61,581 nucleotides of DNA. Source: a virus. Lineage: Duplodnaviria > Caudoviricetes. Where the stretch lies: positions 1 to 61,581 of the IMG/VR virus record IMGVR_UViG_3300046368_001160; one strand, written 5' to 3'. Both the position numbers and the translations under genes were made by a program. Shown in pieces: positions 38,839-48,421 of the stretch (position 1 is the stretch's first letter; every line of letters begins with the position of its first letter). The notes under the pieces were generated by a model that ran no database searches, was not told the DNA's origin, and saw nothing but the letters and a program-made list of their open reading frames with translations.

Positions 38839-40692
38839 TTATTTTGAATCTTCTACTTTAGAATCAGAGTCGTTAACTATATCGTTTAATTCTTTTTTTA
38901 AGTCAGTCATTTCATTGGATTCTGATATAATTTGCTTTTTTTTGTTGTCATTTTTCGTAGGAGAATTGTTTAAAAACTGATCAAGTTTTTGTAAATCAGC
39001 CTCTAGTTTTAACGGGCTTTCTGACCACGAACGACCCGATACTTTTCTTTCATCACGACCAAGTGGGTCTCTGCCCATAGGTTTATCATCAGGGTGGTCG
39101 TATTCTTTATCAGCATTTTTTCGTTTCTTTTCTTCTTTCTCTCTTTCTTTTACCCGTGCCTTTTCTTCATCGGTCATTTCATCAAACTTACCAAATCCCC
39201 ATGAATTTTCTTCTTCTCCACTTTCATCAGACGCATTTGGATCAGCAGGATCAGTTCCTTCGTTTTGAATTGCTTCCAATCTATAAAATTCTTTTGCATC
39301 ATCTACAAATGAGTTTCTAATTTCTTCTTGTTCATCGTTGGATATATTGAAAATATTATTATAAATCCACTCTTTAGAAAAGAACTTTGCATCAACCATA
39401 TCACGTGCGGTATTTAACTTTTCACTAAAAATTCGTATACGTTCTTCTTCAAAAATAGTAGATGGATTAGTTAATTGTAAACTAAAATCAACAAGTTTTG
39501 CGTCTGTGTATCCTTGTGAATACAGATGAACTACTGCAATTTTTGTTAATTCACTTACCGTTATACGTTGCACACGTTCAATTGTTCGGGCAAATCGTAT
39601 ATCCTCGGCTGCCAAAGTTGCTTTACCAGTTATGCTTTCATCATAACCTAAAAATGCTTTTGGTACTTTTAATGCAGCCATCATTTTATTTTTTAAATAC
39701 TCAATATCTTCTGTTCCATCGTATGTCATTGCTCCTAAATTTTCAATACGAGTTCCACTGTCACCCCCACGAACTGGCATAAAAAAGTCTTCAGTCATGT
39801 TTTGTAGATTGAATTTTAGGTTATAGTCTCCTGTTTGCTCGTCAACAAATGGAACTTTTTTCATTTTGTTGATTGCTTTCTGCATAAAGTTATCGACTTC
39901 ATTCGGTGGGATGTTACCTATATCTATATAAAACATTCGTTTCTCGGGTGCTCTCATTACACGATGAATAAGCATAGCATCTTCCATAAGTTGGAGTTGC
40001 TTCCATGTTCTCCGAGCAGGTTCAATTACACTTTTTCCATAGGGCAGAAAGTTACTGTCACCCAACATTCTAAAGTGTGCGATTTCATAATTTTCATATT
40101 GATCTTTGACTTCACCTTCTTGTTTGAAAATAACATAATTTGGATTCGCAGGATCCATATCTTCAATCCGTGTCATTTCATATGTAGATATAGGTTTTAC
40201 ATTTAAAACACCATACTCTGGTTCAATTTGTAAATTTAAATAAAAATCACCGTATTTGCACATATTACGAGTCCATCCCCATAAATTAAACTCTACATTT
40301 AATATTTCATAAAATAAATTTTCAAGAATGCCTTTAATGTTAGAATCCGGACTTGAAATTCTCAAAACATCACCAAATTCACTTCGGGTTGTGCATTCAT
40401 CTGCGTATATGTCTAATGCACTTGCAATAATAGGATCATTTTCCATTGTATCGTAGTCCGAAAACAACTCAAGTCTCGCAGTTTCAAATCCTATGTTATT
40501 GTATTTACTCGCATAATCACTATACAAAGTGTGCATACGACCATATCTGTCTTTGGTCTTGGATGAGTATTGGATGTTATCAGTATCTACAACTTTTAAC
40601 TTCTTTCCACCTACATTTCTAACAACCACATCAGTTGAAAATAATTTTTTCAACCCACGCAATAGTTTTTTTGTTCTAGTTTCGTCTGCCAT
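38839..40692 (-). CDS. gp20: portal protein (T4 gp20-like)
   Basis: MENDPIIASALDIYADE...LMEDAMLIHRVMRAPEKRMFYIDIGN...EDFFMPVRG...ALKVPKAFL...EDIRFARTIER. Confidence 0.95.
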   Translation of the reverse strand: MADETRTKKLLRGLKKLFSTDVVVRNVGGKKLKVVDTDNIQYSSKTKDRYGRMHTLYSDYASKYNNIGFETARLELFSDYDTMENDPIIASALDIYADECTTRSEFGDVLRISSPDSNIKGILENLFYEILNVEFNLWGWTRNMCKYGDFYLNLQIEPEYGVLNVKPISTYEMTRIEDMDPANPNYVIFKQEGEVKDQYENYEIAHFRMLGDSNFLPYGKSVIEPARRTWKQLQLMEDAMLIHRVMRAPEKRMFYIDIGNIPPNEVDNFMQKAINKMKKVPFVDEQTGDYNLKFNLQNMTEDFFMPVRGGDSGTRIENLGAMTYDGTEDIEYLKNKMMAALKVPKAFLGYDESITGKATLAAEDIRFARTIERVQRITVSELTKIAVVHLYSQGYTDAKLVDFSLQLTNPSTIFEEERIRIFSEKLNTARDMVDAKFFSKEWIYNNIFNISNDEQEEIRNSFVDDAKEFYRLEAIQNEGTDPADPNASDESGEEENSWGFGKFDEMTDEEKARVKEREKEEKKRKNADKEYDHPDDKPMGRDPLGRDERKVSGRSWSESPLKLEADLQKLDQFLNNSPTKNDNKKKQIISESNEMTDLKKELNDIVNDSDSKVEDSK

Positions 40693-40718
40693 GTTTATGT
40701 AACCTTATAAATTATATG

Positions 40719-40747
40719 ATTTTAAAAGATATATATCTAATTGTCAA
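40719..40747 (-). promoter_or_regulatory. sigma70-like promoter upstream of portal
   Basis: TTGACA (40747-40742), 17 nt, TAAAAT (40724-40719). Confidence 0.55.
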
Positions 40748-40760
40748 CAAGTATTATATA

Positions 40761-41366
40761 TCACTGAAACTCACTAGCTGCTCCGATGATGTCTCCACCG
40801 TCAAATCCTTGAAAGGGACCTAGTGGATTTCTTTCACGTTCATGACGATCAATGTTTTTCTCTCCCGAAAATAAAACATATTCTACTGTGTCATCTACAA
40901 CGAGAATAAGAACGTTTATGTTCCATCCAGTTATATGCACATTTTTTCTAAAGTTTAGCATATCCAAAAATAAACTACCTTCTCGTTGATTTTTTAATCT
41001 TTCTAAATTAAGTTCATATGCCAACCCACTTTCTCTTGCAGCCAGTGTCTTCAAAACTCCAACAGGAAGTTCTATTTTATTAAATAATGTATATCGTGAT
41101 GGACTATCCAACTTAAACTTAGTCATTACATCAAGATATGTTAGACGTTTAACATTGGGCATATTTTCTAAATCAAGACCCATTGTAACTAAATAAGAAT
41201 ACTTGGTTTTACCAGGAACGATTCCGTCAACTAACTCTTCAACTTGCGTATAAGTTTCAAACGAAGACTCTGTATACACCCCTTGTGTTGGCAACAATGA
41301 CTGAGTTGCACAACTACTTGTTAATAATAAACTAAATGCTATGAGTATATTTGACGTTTTTTTCAT
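40761..41366 (-). CDS. putative lipoprotein
   Basis: signal peptide MKKTSNILIAFSLLLTSS-C with lipobox Cys19; AGGA RBS. Confidence 0.75.
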   Translation of the reverse strand: MKKTSNILIAFSLLLTSSCATQSLLPTQGVYTESSFETYTQVEELVDGIVPGKTKYSYLVTMGLDLENMPNVKRLTYLDVMTKFKLDSPSRYTLFNKIELPVGVLKTLAARESGLAYELNLERLKNQREGSLFLDMLNFRKNVHITGWNINVLILVVDDTVEYVLFSGEKNIDRHERERNPLGPFQGFDGGDIIGAASEFQ

Positions 41367-41376
41367 ATGTTTTTTC

Positions 41377-42978
41377 CTATTTTAATAACCAATCTAAATT
41401 TTCAGTTCCACCGTGGGGGTTTTTCATTTCATATGGATTATGTTTCAATCCTGAGTTTGCGAAGTTTTGTCCGACATTTAAATTAGTTGTGCTTCCCATA
41501 TAGTCAAACAATGACTTCTGAGATTGAACATTTTCAGACCTAAATCTTAACGCGGTGTCTCTGACCCACAGTGCAATACACAAACTCATAACCAAGTCAT
41601 CGTTGTATCCTTGCATTGCTTCTGCTCGTTGACCATTCCAAACAAATGTAAATAACTCATCTAAAGTTCTTTCCGAGTAAATTTCAACTTCTTTTTCACG
41701 AACATAACTTTCCATTTTGCTGATAATCAACGGACGAGTTTTAATTGATGTTGTAAATCCAGGAACTTGTTTCTTTTCTTGTCGGTTTAATTTATTGGTG
41801 TGTTGTGTAAATTCATCTATGTATTGATAGTCTCGTTGTGTGTAGTATAAATTACTGTATCCTTTATCTATAATTTGCTGAAGAACTGCCCAACCTATAT
41901 TTGCATTTTCAACCACAAGTAATGCCCCGTTGAATTCACTTGCAACTGCTACTAATAAATTTCCAAAGTCTTTAGTTTCAACTTCTCCTTTGAATTCTGC
42001 AACTTGTTTTACATTTTCTACATCAAATACATGAAATGCACTTTTATCACGACCATCACCTCGGGCAACATCAGCTGCCACAACATAATCTTTGTTGTGA
42101 TTTGGATATTCCCATATCCAGTATTCTTTATTTGCTCCTCGTTTTTCAACGGGTTCTTTTAGTAGGTTTCCTTTATACCAATCAATTATATCAGCATCTA
42201 CAACTGAACGACCACTGCTGATAAAGTCGCAGTCACATTCTTGGGCAGCGTCTTTTTCTCCTAATAACTTTGTTTGCAATTCTCGCCAAGTTTGGTCTCG
42301 GTCTGGATGCAAGTCCCAATGTAGACGGATTGGATTAAAATCATTCGATCCGTCCATTGAACCAACCCAGGTTTTATGAAAGAAGTTACCAATACCATTA
42401 GGAGTAGATAGCAAAATAGAACGACCACCTGTTGTAATCGTAGATTGCGATGCGGTCCATATATCTTCCATATTTGTAATAAACGCACACTCGTCCACGA
42501 TAAGTAAACTCAACGAAGTAGAACGAGAAGCATCAACACTACTTGAAGCCGCACGAATGCTACTTCCATTTTTGAAACGCATACTTAGTTTATTTTTTTC
42601 TGTACACTCACTTCTTAACCAACTCGGAAGATTTTCTGACATATGTGTCACTTTAGTAACAATATTTTTTGCAGTTTCTTGGTTGATAGCAATACACAGA
42701 ATTGATCTATCAGTGAAAAAAGTCATTAACCACAAAGCATATCCAGATACCAATGTGGATATTCCCATTTGTCTTGCTTTTAAAACAATATTAAATTGTT
42801 CTTCTTTAAAACTTTCTAAAGTTCTTTCCTGAAATTCATACAGGTGAAATGGTATTGTTCCCAATGTAGGATGTTGAATCTTACAATAATTTTTCATAAA
42901 GTATATAGGTGACTTCAGACACTCTGTATACTCTTGTTTTATTATTTCCCTTAAGGGCATTTTTTTACCTTCTGCCAT
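41377..42978 (-). CDS. terL: terminase large subunit (T4 gp17-like)
   Basis: Walker A KARQMGIST, Walker B LLIVDE, coupling motif STPNG, nuclease ADVARG...DDLVM. Confidence 0.96.
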   Translation of the reverse strand: MAEGKKMPLREIIKQEYTECLKSPIYFMKNYCKIQHPTLGTIPFHLYEFQERTLESFKEEQFNIVLKARQMGISTLVSGYALWLMTFFTDRSILCIAINQETAKNIVTKVTHMSENLPSWLRSECTEKNKLSMRFKNGSSIRAASSSVDASRSTSLSLLIVDECAFITNMEDIWTASQSTITTGGRSILLSTPNGIGNFFHKTWVGSMDGSNDFNPIRLHWDLHPDRDQTWRELQTKLLGEKDAAQECDCDFISSGRSVVDADIIDWYKGNLLKEPVEKRGANKEYWIWEYPNHNKDYVVAADVARGDGRDKSAFHVFDVENVKQVAEFKGEVETKDFGNLLVAVASEFNGALLVVENANIGWAVLQQIIDKGYSNLYYTQRDYQYIDEFTQHTNKLNRQEKKQVPGFTTSIKTRPLIISKMESYVREKEVEIYSERTLDELFTFVWNGQRAEAMQGYNDDLVMSLCIALWVRDTALRFRSENVQSQKSLFDYMGSTTNLNVGQNFANSGLKHNPYEMKNPHGGTENLDWLLK

Positions 42979-42983
42979 TAGGG

Positions 42984-42991
42984 ATAAATAT
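42984..42991 (-). promoter_or_regulatory. ATATTTAT putative late promoter (terL)
   Basis: 5 nt before ATG 42978. Confidence 0.55.
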
Positions 42992-43017
42992 ATATGTATT
43001 TAGTTTTCTATAATATA

Positions 43018-43046
43018 AAAAGTTTCAAGGTATCGTTGAAACTTTT
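43018..43046. other. 11-bp perfect inverted repeat (possible terminator or protein-binding site)
   Basis: aaaagtttcaa-ggtatcg-ttgaaactttt overlapping the stop of the upstream gene. Confidence 0.55.
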
Positions 43047-43671
43047 AGAATTCCATGTCAGCATACTCAGTTAGACTTTCTTCAACCTCGGACAATCTTG
43101 CTTCAAGTTCTTCTAAGTCTGAATCTAAATCTTTCATAAGTCCTTCTTTATTTGGAATATTCCATTGTTCTAAAGAACCATCTTCGTTTAAGAATTTAGG
43201 GTCGTTGGTTATATGTTCTTTTGATTCAACCAATTTTGTTTTAGTGTCCGATAAGAAACTAAGTTCATTTTCAAGCATTGTCTTTTTTTCGTATGCTTCG
43301 TACTTACCTTCGTCTTTTAGTTTTTGTTCATGTTCTTGGACACAATCAAAACACATACCTCGCATAGCAAGCATTCTTTTATCTAAGTTCTTAGTTGGAT
43401 CAACGGTACACATTTTCTTAGGACAATTGGGTGCTTCACGCAAAGTCTTTCTTACTTTGTCCATCATAGTTTCGGTTCTCACTTTTGAGTTACTTCCAAC
43501 TTGCTTCCACTCTTTTCCGTCCTTATCTGTCCAAATTTCACCTGGTTGTCGGATAATGAGTTCTTCAACTTCTCCTTCATAACCATGTACTTTGGGAATT
43601 TCTTCTCCTTTGAACAACTTACGTGATCTGCTGATTACGTATTTTAAATCGTCTTTATCCATTTTAGCCAT
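43045..43671 (-). CDS. conserved protein upstream of TerL, Cys-containing (possible Zn-binding)
   Basis: RQPGEIWTDKDGKEWKQ...CPKKMC...MCFDC; TTGACA-16-TAATAT upstream. Confidence 0.7.
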   Translation of the reverse strand: MAKMDKDDLKYVISRSRKLFKGEEIPKVHGYEGEVEELIIRQPGEIWTDKDGKEWKQVGSNSKVRTETMMDKVRKTLREAPNCPKKMCTVDPTKNLDKRMLAMRGMCFDCVQEHEQKLKDEGKYEAYEKKTMLENELSFLSDTKTKLVESKEHITNDPKFLNEDGSLEQWNIPNKEGLMKDLDSDLEELEARLSEVEESLTEYADMEF

Positions 43672-43709
43672 AATAGTAATATTACATTTTTTTACGATTT
43701 TGTCAAATA

Positions 43710-44111
43710 CTATGATAACTTTTTAAAATTTAATATACACTCTTCTAAAAAAATATTTATCAAAAAGTTTTCATATTGATTTCTGTGCTTTTTGCGCTGA
43801 GAATCTGTTAAGTCATACTGCATAAAATATAGTTTACTACAACACTCTTCTAGTTTTCTAAATCTATCTACAATTGCTTTTATTATTTTATCAACCGCTG
43901 CGTAATTTTCTCCATATCCATATAAATAAAACACCGACAATGTTGCGTTTTTTGCTTCATTTTGTATTGCTTCTACAAATTCTCTGTCTAAATATGTTAC
44001 TTGTTGTGGTAAAATAGCACGATGCGAAGTTCTAAATTGTTTTGATGTATCAGTCACTATGCGTTCTATCTCCATCTCTGTCAAATAAACATTGCCATTC
44101 AACTTGATCAT
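43710..44111 (-). CDS. hypothetical protein
   Basis: likely start MIKLNG at 44111 with AGGGAG RBS (ORF track starts at 44129). Confidence 0.55.
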   Translation of the reverse strand: MIKLNGNVYLTEMEIERIVTDTSKQFRTSHRAILPQQVTYLDREFVEAIQNEAKNATLSVFYLYGYGENYAAVDKIIKAIVDRFRKLEECCSKLYFMQYDLTDSQRKKHRNQYENFLINIFLEECILNFKKLS

Positions 44112-44171
44112 ATTATGCTCCCTATTCAATCAATGTATATATTTAATTCCATGTCAGGATTAAATACACTC

Positions 44172-45023
44172 TTAGTCATATTTCCCTTTTTTAAAATCTT
44201 TTCTGTCGTAGGTTTTCTTGCTTTTCATTGGTCTGCTTTTGGGCAATGTTTCTTTGCGAACTTTTTTATACGCATCCATTTTAGACATAAACTTTTTCTT
44301 TTTGGATTCCGACAACTTTCTTATTTTATGAACAAGCATTTTGATGTATTCTTTTTTGCTACCACGACCTTTGAAATATGGACTTTTATCACTCAACATT
44401 TTTGCTATATCAAGCATTGCTTTTAAATCTTTTAAATTATCTTCGCTTTCTGTATCTTCCATTTTAAAATCCTCATCAACAGGTCCATCTATTTTTGTAA
44501 ATTCTACATAATAAGTACCATCTTGATCCTGAATTATTTTACCACCGACTTGTTTTGAATGTTTTTTCGCATCTTCTTCGTTGTCAAATTTTAAAGGTTC
44601 TACATTTCCATTTTGTTTAACACCCGACACATTCATTTCACCCCCACCGATTTTGTGCTTGCTGATACCAAATTCTTCGTTTTGTGGTTTTTGTCTCATT
44701 CGTTTAAGTCTTTCTTTTTCTTTTGCTCTCACCTTTGGTAGCAACTTCTTTGCAACTTTTGCAATAATAGCAGGTTTCAATTTATTATCAATAGTTTGTT
44801 TTTGACTAATACTTAAATCTGAGTAGGATTTACCTCCAGTTAACTTTTTTACCAACACATTTTTTGCAGCCTTCTTTGCAGTATTTTTTAACTTTTCAGG
44901 AGATTTTGGTCGTTTTGCCAAAAGTTTCTTTTTAAGTTGTCGTTTTTTTGCAGTACGTTTGGCAGCCCTTGCCATTTTTCGTCTAGCTGCAATTGATAAT
45001 TTTCTTTCATGTTGATGATCCAT
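44172..45023 (-). CDS. basic prohead core-like protein (gp68-like N-terminal domain)
   Basis: ERKLSIAARRKMARAAKRT...KKAAKNVLVKKLTGGKSYSDLSISQKQTID resembles T4-like prohead core basic domains; very Lys/Arg-rich. Confidence 0.55.
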   Translation of the reverse strand: MDHQHERKLSIAARRKMARAAKRTAKKRQLKKKLLAKRPKSPEKLKNTAKKAAKNVLVKKLTGGKSYSDLSISQKQTIDNKLKPAIIAKVAKKLLPKVRAKEKERLKRMRQKPQNEEFGISKHKIGGGEMNVSGVKQNGNVEPLKFDNEEDAKKHSKQVGGKIIQDQDGTYYVEFTKIDGPVDEDFKMEDTESEDNLKDLKAMLDIAKMLSDKSPYFKGRGSKKEYIKMLVHKIRKLSESKKKKFMSKMDAYKKVRKETLPKSRPMKSKKTYDRKDFKKGKYD

Positions 45024-45024
45024 A

Positions 45025-47541
45025 TTAAAACCTCATTATTCCCATAATTTGATTTATAGGAGCAAATGTTCCCGTGAGTTTATATGTTCCACCTTTATAT
45101 TGAAATACAACTCCCTCACTAGGTGCGATAACCTTTGTTCCACCAATCGCAGTTAATCTATCAAGATTTTTGAAAAGTTTTGCAATATCTTTTTTGAACT
45201 TTTCAGGAGATTCCACCGAACTAATCTTTTTTGCTTTTAAAGTTTTAGTGTGTGCATCGAGTGCTTTTGCTATATCATCACTTCCACCCGCTGCTACAAA
45301 TCCTTTAACATTTTGCAGAACTTCTGCTCCGAGTTTTAAAAATATGAATTGGAAAGGCCACATATTTGCTTCAAATTGCTTTACCGTGTCTTCTTTTTCA
45401 AACTTGGTAACCCAAGCAAGCAACTTGGGTTGTTCAGATAATTCTTTTTTAATTGTAGTAATTTTATTAGACTTATCGTTATATGCCCAACGACCAATAA
45501 GTGCTTCGTATACTTTTGCAGGAAATATCTCTTTTAATTTGCTTTGTTGCTTATTCAAAAGATTTCTCCACCACGCATCGTGATACTTCATTACTTTATC
45601 GTTGTCTTTTAATTTAAATTCTTTTTTAAGTTTGTCAATCATCGCAGAATATTTTTTAAACGAATCACCAAATGTTTTGCTTTTAGGAAGTTCCACTACA
45701 ATTGGTGCATTCAACGAATACCGACTTTGAACATCTGCATTGATTTGTTTGAGCATTCCACTTAACATACGAGCAGAATCTTTTAATTCACTTGTTATGT
45801 CGTTTCCATCAGAATCTTCTGAAACTGGTTTTCCTGCGGAATTGTATGCTTGTGTTCCGTGAAAAACCAACATATCTACATTTTGAGGAATAACATTCTG
45901 TGTAGCAGGTGTCATAACCTCTATGTTCATAAATCGTTCACCTTCTTTAAATACTTTATTTTTTTGTGCATCGGATAACTTTGAAATTGCTGATTCTAAA
46001 TCTTTAACTGCACTTACGAACGCATCACGAATGTTTTCAGGACGATCCGCAAAAATGTTTTCAAATGCAGTTACATCTGGAGCATTTGCACCTGCGTTTT
46101 TTAAATGACCTTGATTTCTCGCCGAGACCAACTTGCCATCCTTCCAAGAAAACATTAAATTTTGACCATCAAGTTTTTCAGTAACTTCCTTTTCAACATT
46201 AAGTTCACCTGCCAATGACCTACGAATCATTTCTTTTAAATCAGCAAAAGTTAAATCTTTATCATCAAACGGGTGACTCATGTGGCCAGCCGCACCTCCC
46301 TCTGATATTAGTTTACTTTCTTTGACAGCATGACCCTCAACTCCTTTATCTATTTCATCCCCATCTTCTGCCTTTTGTGTATCAATAACATTCCCACTAA
46401 CATCTTCGTCTCCGTGTTCGTCTTTGGTTCGTATTGACTTTTCTGAACCAAGGAAATCAACCAACTTGTAACCAGCAGTTTCTGCAACTCCGTTGATAAA
46501 ACCAACCCATTGTTGGTGAGCAGATTTTGATGCATCTGTGTCAATCTGATTCATTGGAGTCTTTGCATCAATGTCACCTGCTGGATAAAAACTAACCGCA
46601 GGTACTGGTCCTGCATACTTTCCCCATTCACGGTAGTCTGCGTTTCTGCCTAAACCGTGCTTTCCTACCACATAGTCAAGTAGATCATATCCGAGTTGTT
46701 GTGCTCGTTTATTTGTATATCCTTCATATGACTTACCAGGATAAAACATACTTGGACCATCATCAACCATATTTATTCCCATTGGACCAATTGCACTTAT
46801 TTCATTTAGTAAGTCGGGTATGTTATCTATATATGTTTCAAACTTAGGATATTCATACAAGAAATTTTCAAATAACTTTTCATTTTCAAAAAGAGTTGCA
46901 AACTTATCGGTCAGGTATTTAAATATTTTTTCATCATACCATCCGAACAATTCTTCAAATGCACGGGTTTTGGTCATTTTGTCGTGTTTAGGACTTCCAA
47001 GTAAATCACGTATACGTGTTCCACTTACTTCCTTACCTAGAACTTTAATACTTACATGGGGAGCAACAATAAAATAACCATGTTCTCCAAATGGTTTCAA
47101 ATCATTTTTATTTTTTTCATATGATTGATAATAAGCAGGAGAGCCATCTGCTTTTGTTGTTTTTAATCTACCTGCATCTTTTTCACCAAATATATAAACT
47201 ACGGCAGTTGTATTGGGGTCATATTTTTTTAAAAGTTCTTCACACACATACGGATTCTTAACCTTAACAACATTTTTTACTTTGTGTTTTGTCCATATCA
47301 TTTTCTTTTCTTTAAAATTCAATGGACTTTTTGTAGAATCTGTTTTATCACTTGTTGCTACATATGCTTTATCAAACTTACCATCTAACCACTTGTATGT
47401 TTTGTAGTGGTGAATACCAGCAGGTTGAAATCTACCTGGATAAATGCCGATTACTTTTTTAATTTTTGCTTCTTGTAAGATATCGTCAACCATATAGGTT
47501 GCTAAATCTTCAGATAGCAATTCTGACATTCTTTCATTCAT
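45025..47541 (-). CDS. HIGH-superfamily (cytidyltransferase-like) domain fused to an ATP-dependent ligase-like nucleotidyltransferase domain
   Basis: N-terminal IYPGRFQPAGIHH...SPLNFKEK...VSGTRIR; C-terminal EGGAAGHM, motif I TEKLDGQN, NIEVM, LVFHG, EGVVF, YKLTG. Confidence 0.7.
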   Translation of the reverse strand: MNERMSELLSEDLATYMVDDILQEAKIKKVIGIYPGRFQPAGIHHYKTYKWLDGKFDKAYVATSDKTDSTKSPLNFKEKKMIWTKHKVKNVVKVKNPYVCEELLKKYDPNTTAVVYIFGEKDAGRLKTTKADGSPAYYQSYEKNKNDLKPFGEHGYFIVAPHVSIKVLGKEVSGTRIRDLLGSPKHDKMTKTRAFEELFGWYDEKIFKYLTDKFATLFENEKLFENFLYEYPKFETYIDNIPDLLNEISAIGPMGINMVDDGPSMFYPGKSYEGYTNKRAQQLGYDLLDYVVGKHGLGRNADYREWGKYAGPVPAVSFYPAGDIDAKTPMNQIDTDASKSAHQQWVGFINGVAETAGYKLVDFLGSEKSIRTKDEHGDEDVSGNVIDTQKAEDGDEIDKGVEGHAVKESKLISEGGAAGHMSHPFDDKDLTFADLKEMIRRSLAGELNVEKEVTEKLDGQNLMFSWKDGKLVSARNQGHLKNAGANAPDVTAFENIFADRPENIRDAFVSAVKDLESAISKLSDAQKNKVFKEGERFMNIEVMTPATQNVIPQNVDMLVFHGTQAYNSAGKPVSEDSDGNDITSELKDSARMLSGMLKQINADVQSRYSLNAPIVVELPKSKTFGDSFKKYSAMIDKLKKEFKLKDNDKVMKYHDAWWRNLLNKQQSKLKEIFPAKVYEALIGRWAYNDKSNKITTIKKELSEQPKLLAWVTKFEKEDTVKQFEANMWPFQFIFLKLGAEVLQNVKGFVAAGGSDDIAKALDAHTKTLKAKKISSVESPEKFKKDIAKLFKNLDRLTAIGGTKVIAPSEGVVFQYKGGTYKLTGTFAPINQIMGIMRF

Positions 47542-48065
47542 TTATTAAGTATTTCGGACAATATAGTGCGGATTTGTTTACGAAGTTTTTGTTCATACAC
47601 TCGTCTTTGTACAAATTTATTAAACTCACCTTTGGACATACCCATAAGTTCGTCTGCCATTTCATCAAATCCTTTTCTTTGTAAAAACTTAACAACTTTG
47701 TCTTTTGCTTTTAGAATACTTGAATGTAAGTCAGACATAAAGTTGATTGCCTTTTTATACTCATCACTTGTAATTTTAATTTCGTTTGTTTCTTTTTTCA
47801 TGGTGGACTCCTCATATTGAGACATATAAAAATCTTCATCGGAAGCAGCTGCTTGAAAGTCACGATATGCTTGCTCTGCTTTTTTTCCTACTAATATTAC
47901 TTTTCCTTTTGGGTAATAAAGTATTTCATCACCCTTCTTAAATTTTACTTCACCTTTACGTAATCTACGTTGAACTGGTAATCTTTGTTCACCAGATACT
48001 CCGTCATATTTTGACTTCATCCAAAATGGATCATCTTTGTATCGTTTGTATTCTTTGATGCTCAT
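47538..48065 (-). CDS. hypothetical protein
   Basis: 175 aa; YKDDPFWMKSKY...KKGDEILYYP domain and C-terminal KLRKQIRTILSE; ATGA overlap with next gene. Confidence 0.65.
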   Translation of the reverse strand: MSIKEYKRYKDDPFWMKSKYDGVSGEQRLPVQRRLRKGEVKFKKGDEILYYPKGKVILVGKKAEQAYRDFQAAASDEDFYMSQYEESTMKKETNEIKITSDEYKKAINFMSDLHSSILKAKDKVVKFLQRKGFDEMADELMGMSKGEFNKFVQRRVYEQKLRKQIRTILSEILNK

Positions 48066-48067
48066 GA

Positions 48068-48421
48068 TTAATCCTCAAGATATTCTTCTATCTTTCCTGT
48101 TTTAAGATGCCGTTTACAGGCCTTGCGTTTATCACGATGCATATGAGGTGCTTTTTTCAAATACTCATCGGTACAATGAAATACATATCCATCAACCACA
48201 GGACCTTCACTCGTTTCTCCTTCACTGAATATTCCTATGAACTTAAAATCTTCTTTTTCTTTTTGAACGAGTTTATTTGCCATTTTTTTTGCCCAGTTTT
48301 CATTTCCATGTTTGGACGATGAGTAACTATAACGAGCATGATTAGGAGCCATTTCAAGATGCCAGGTTTCACCCAATTTGTCTTCGGAGATTAATTCATC
48401 TATAATTTTATCAAACATCAA
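48068..48421 (-). CDS. hypothetical protein
   Basis: 117 aa, coupled to the kinase stop; N-terminus DKIIDELISE. Confidence 0.6.
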   Translation of the reverse strand: MMFDKIIDELISEDKLGETWHLEMAPNHARYSYSSSKHGNENWAKKMANKLVQKEKEDFKFIGIFSEGETSEGPVVDGYVFHCTDEYLKKAPHMHRDKRKACKRHLKTGKIEEYLED

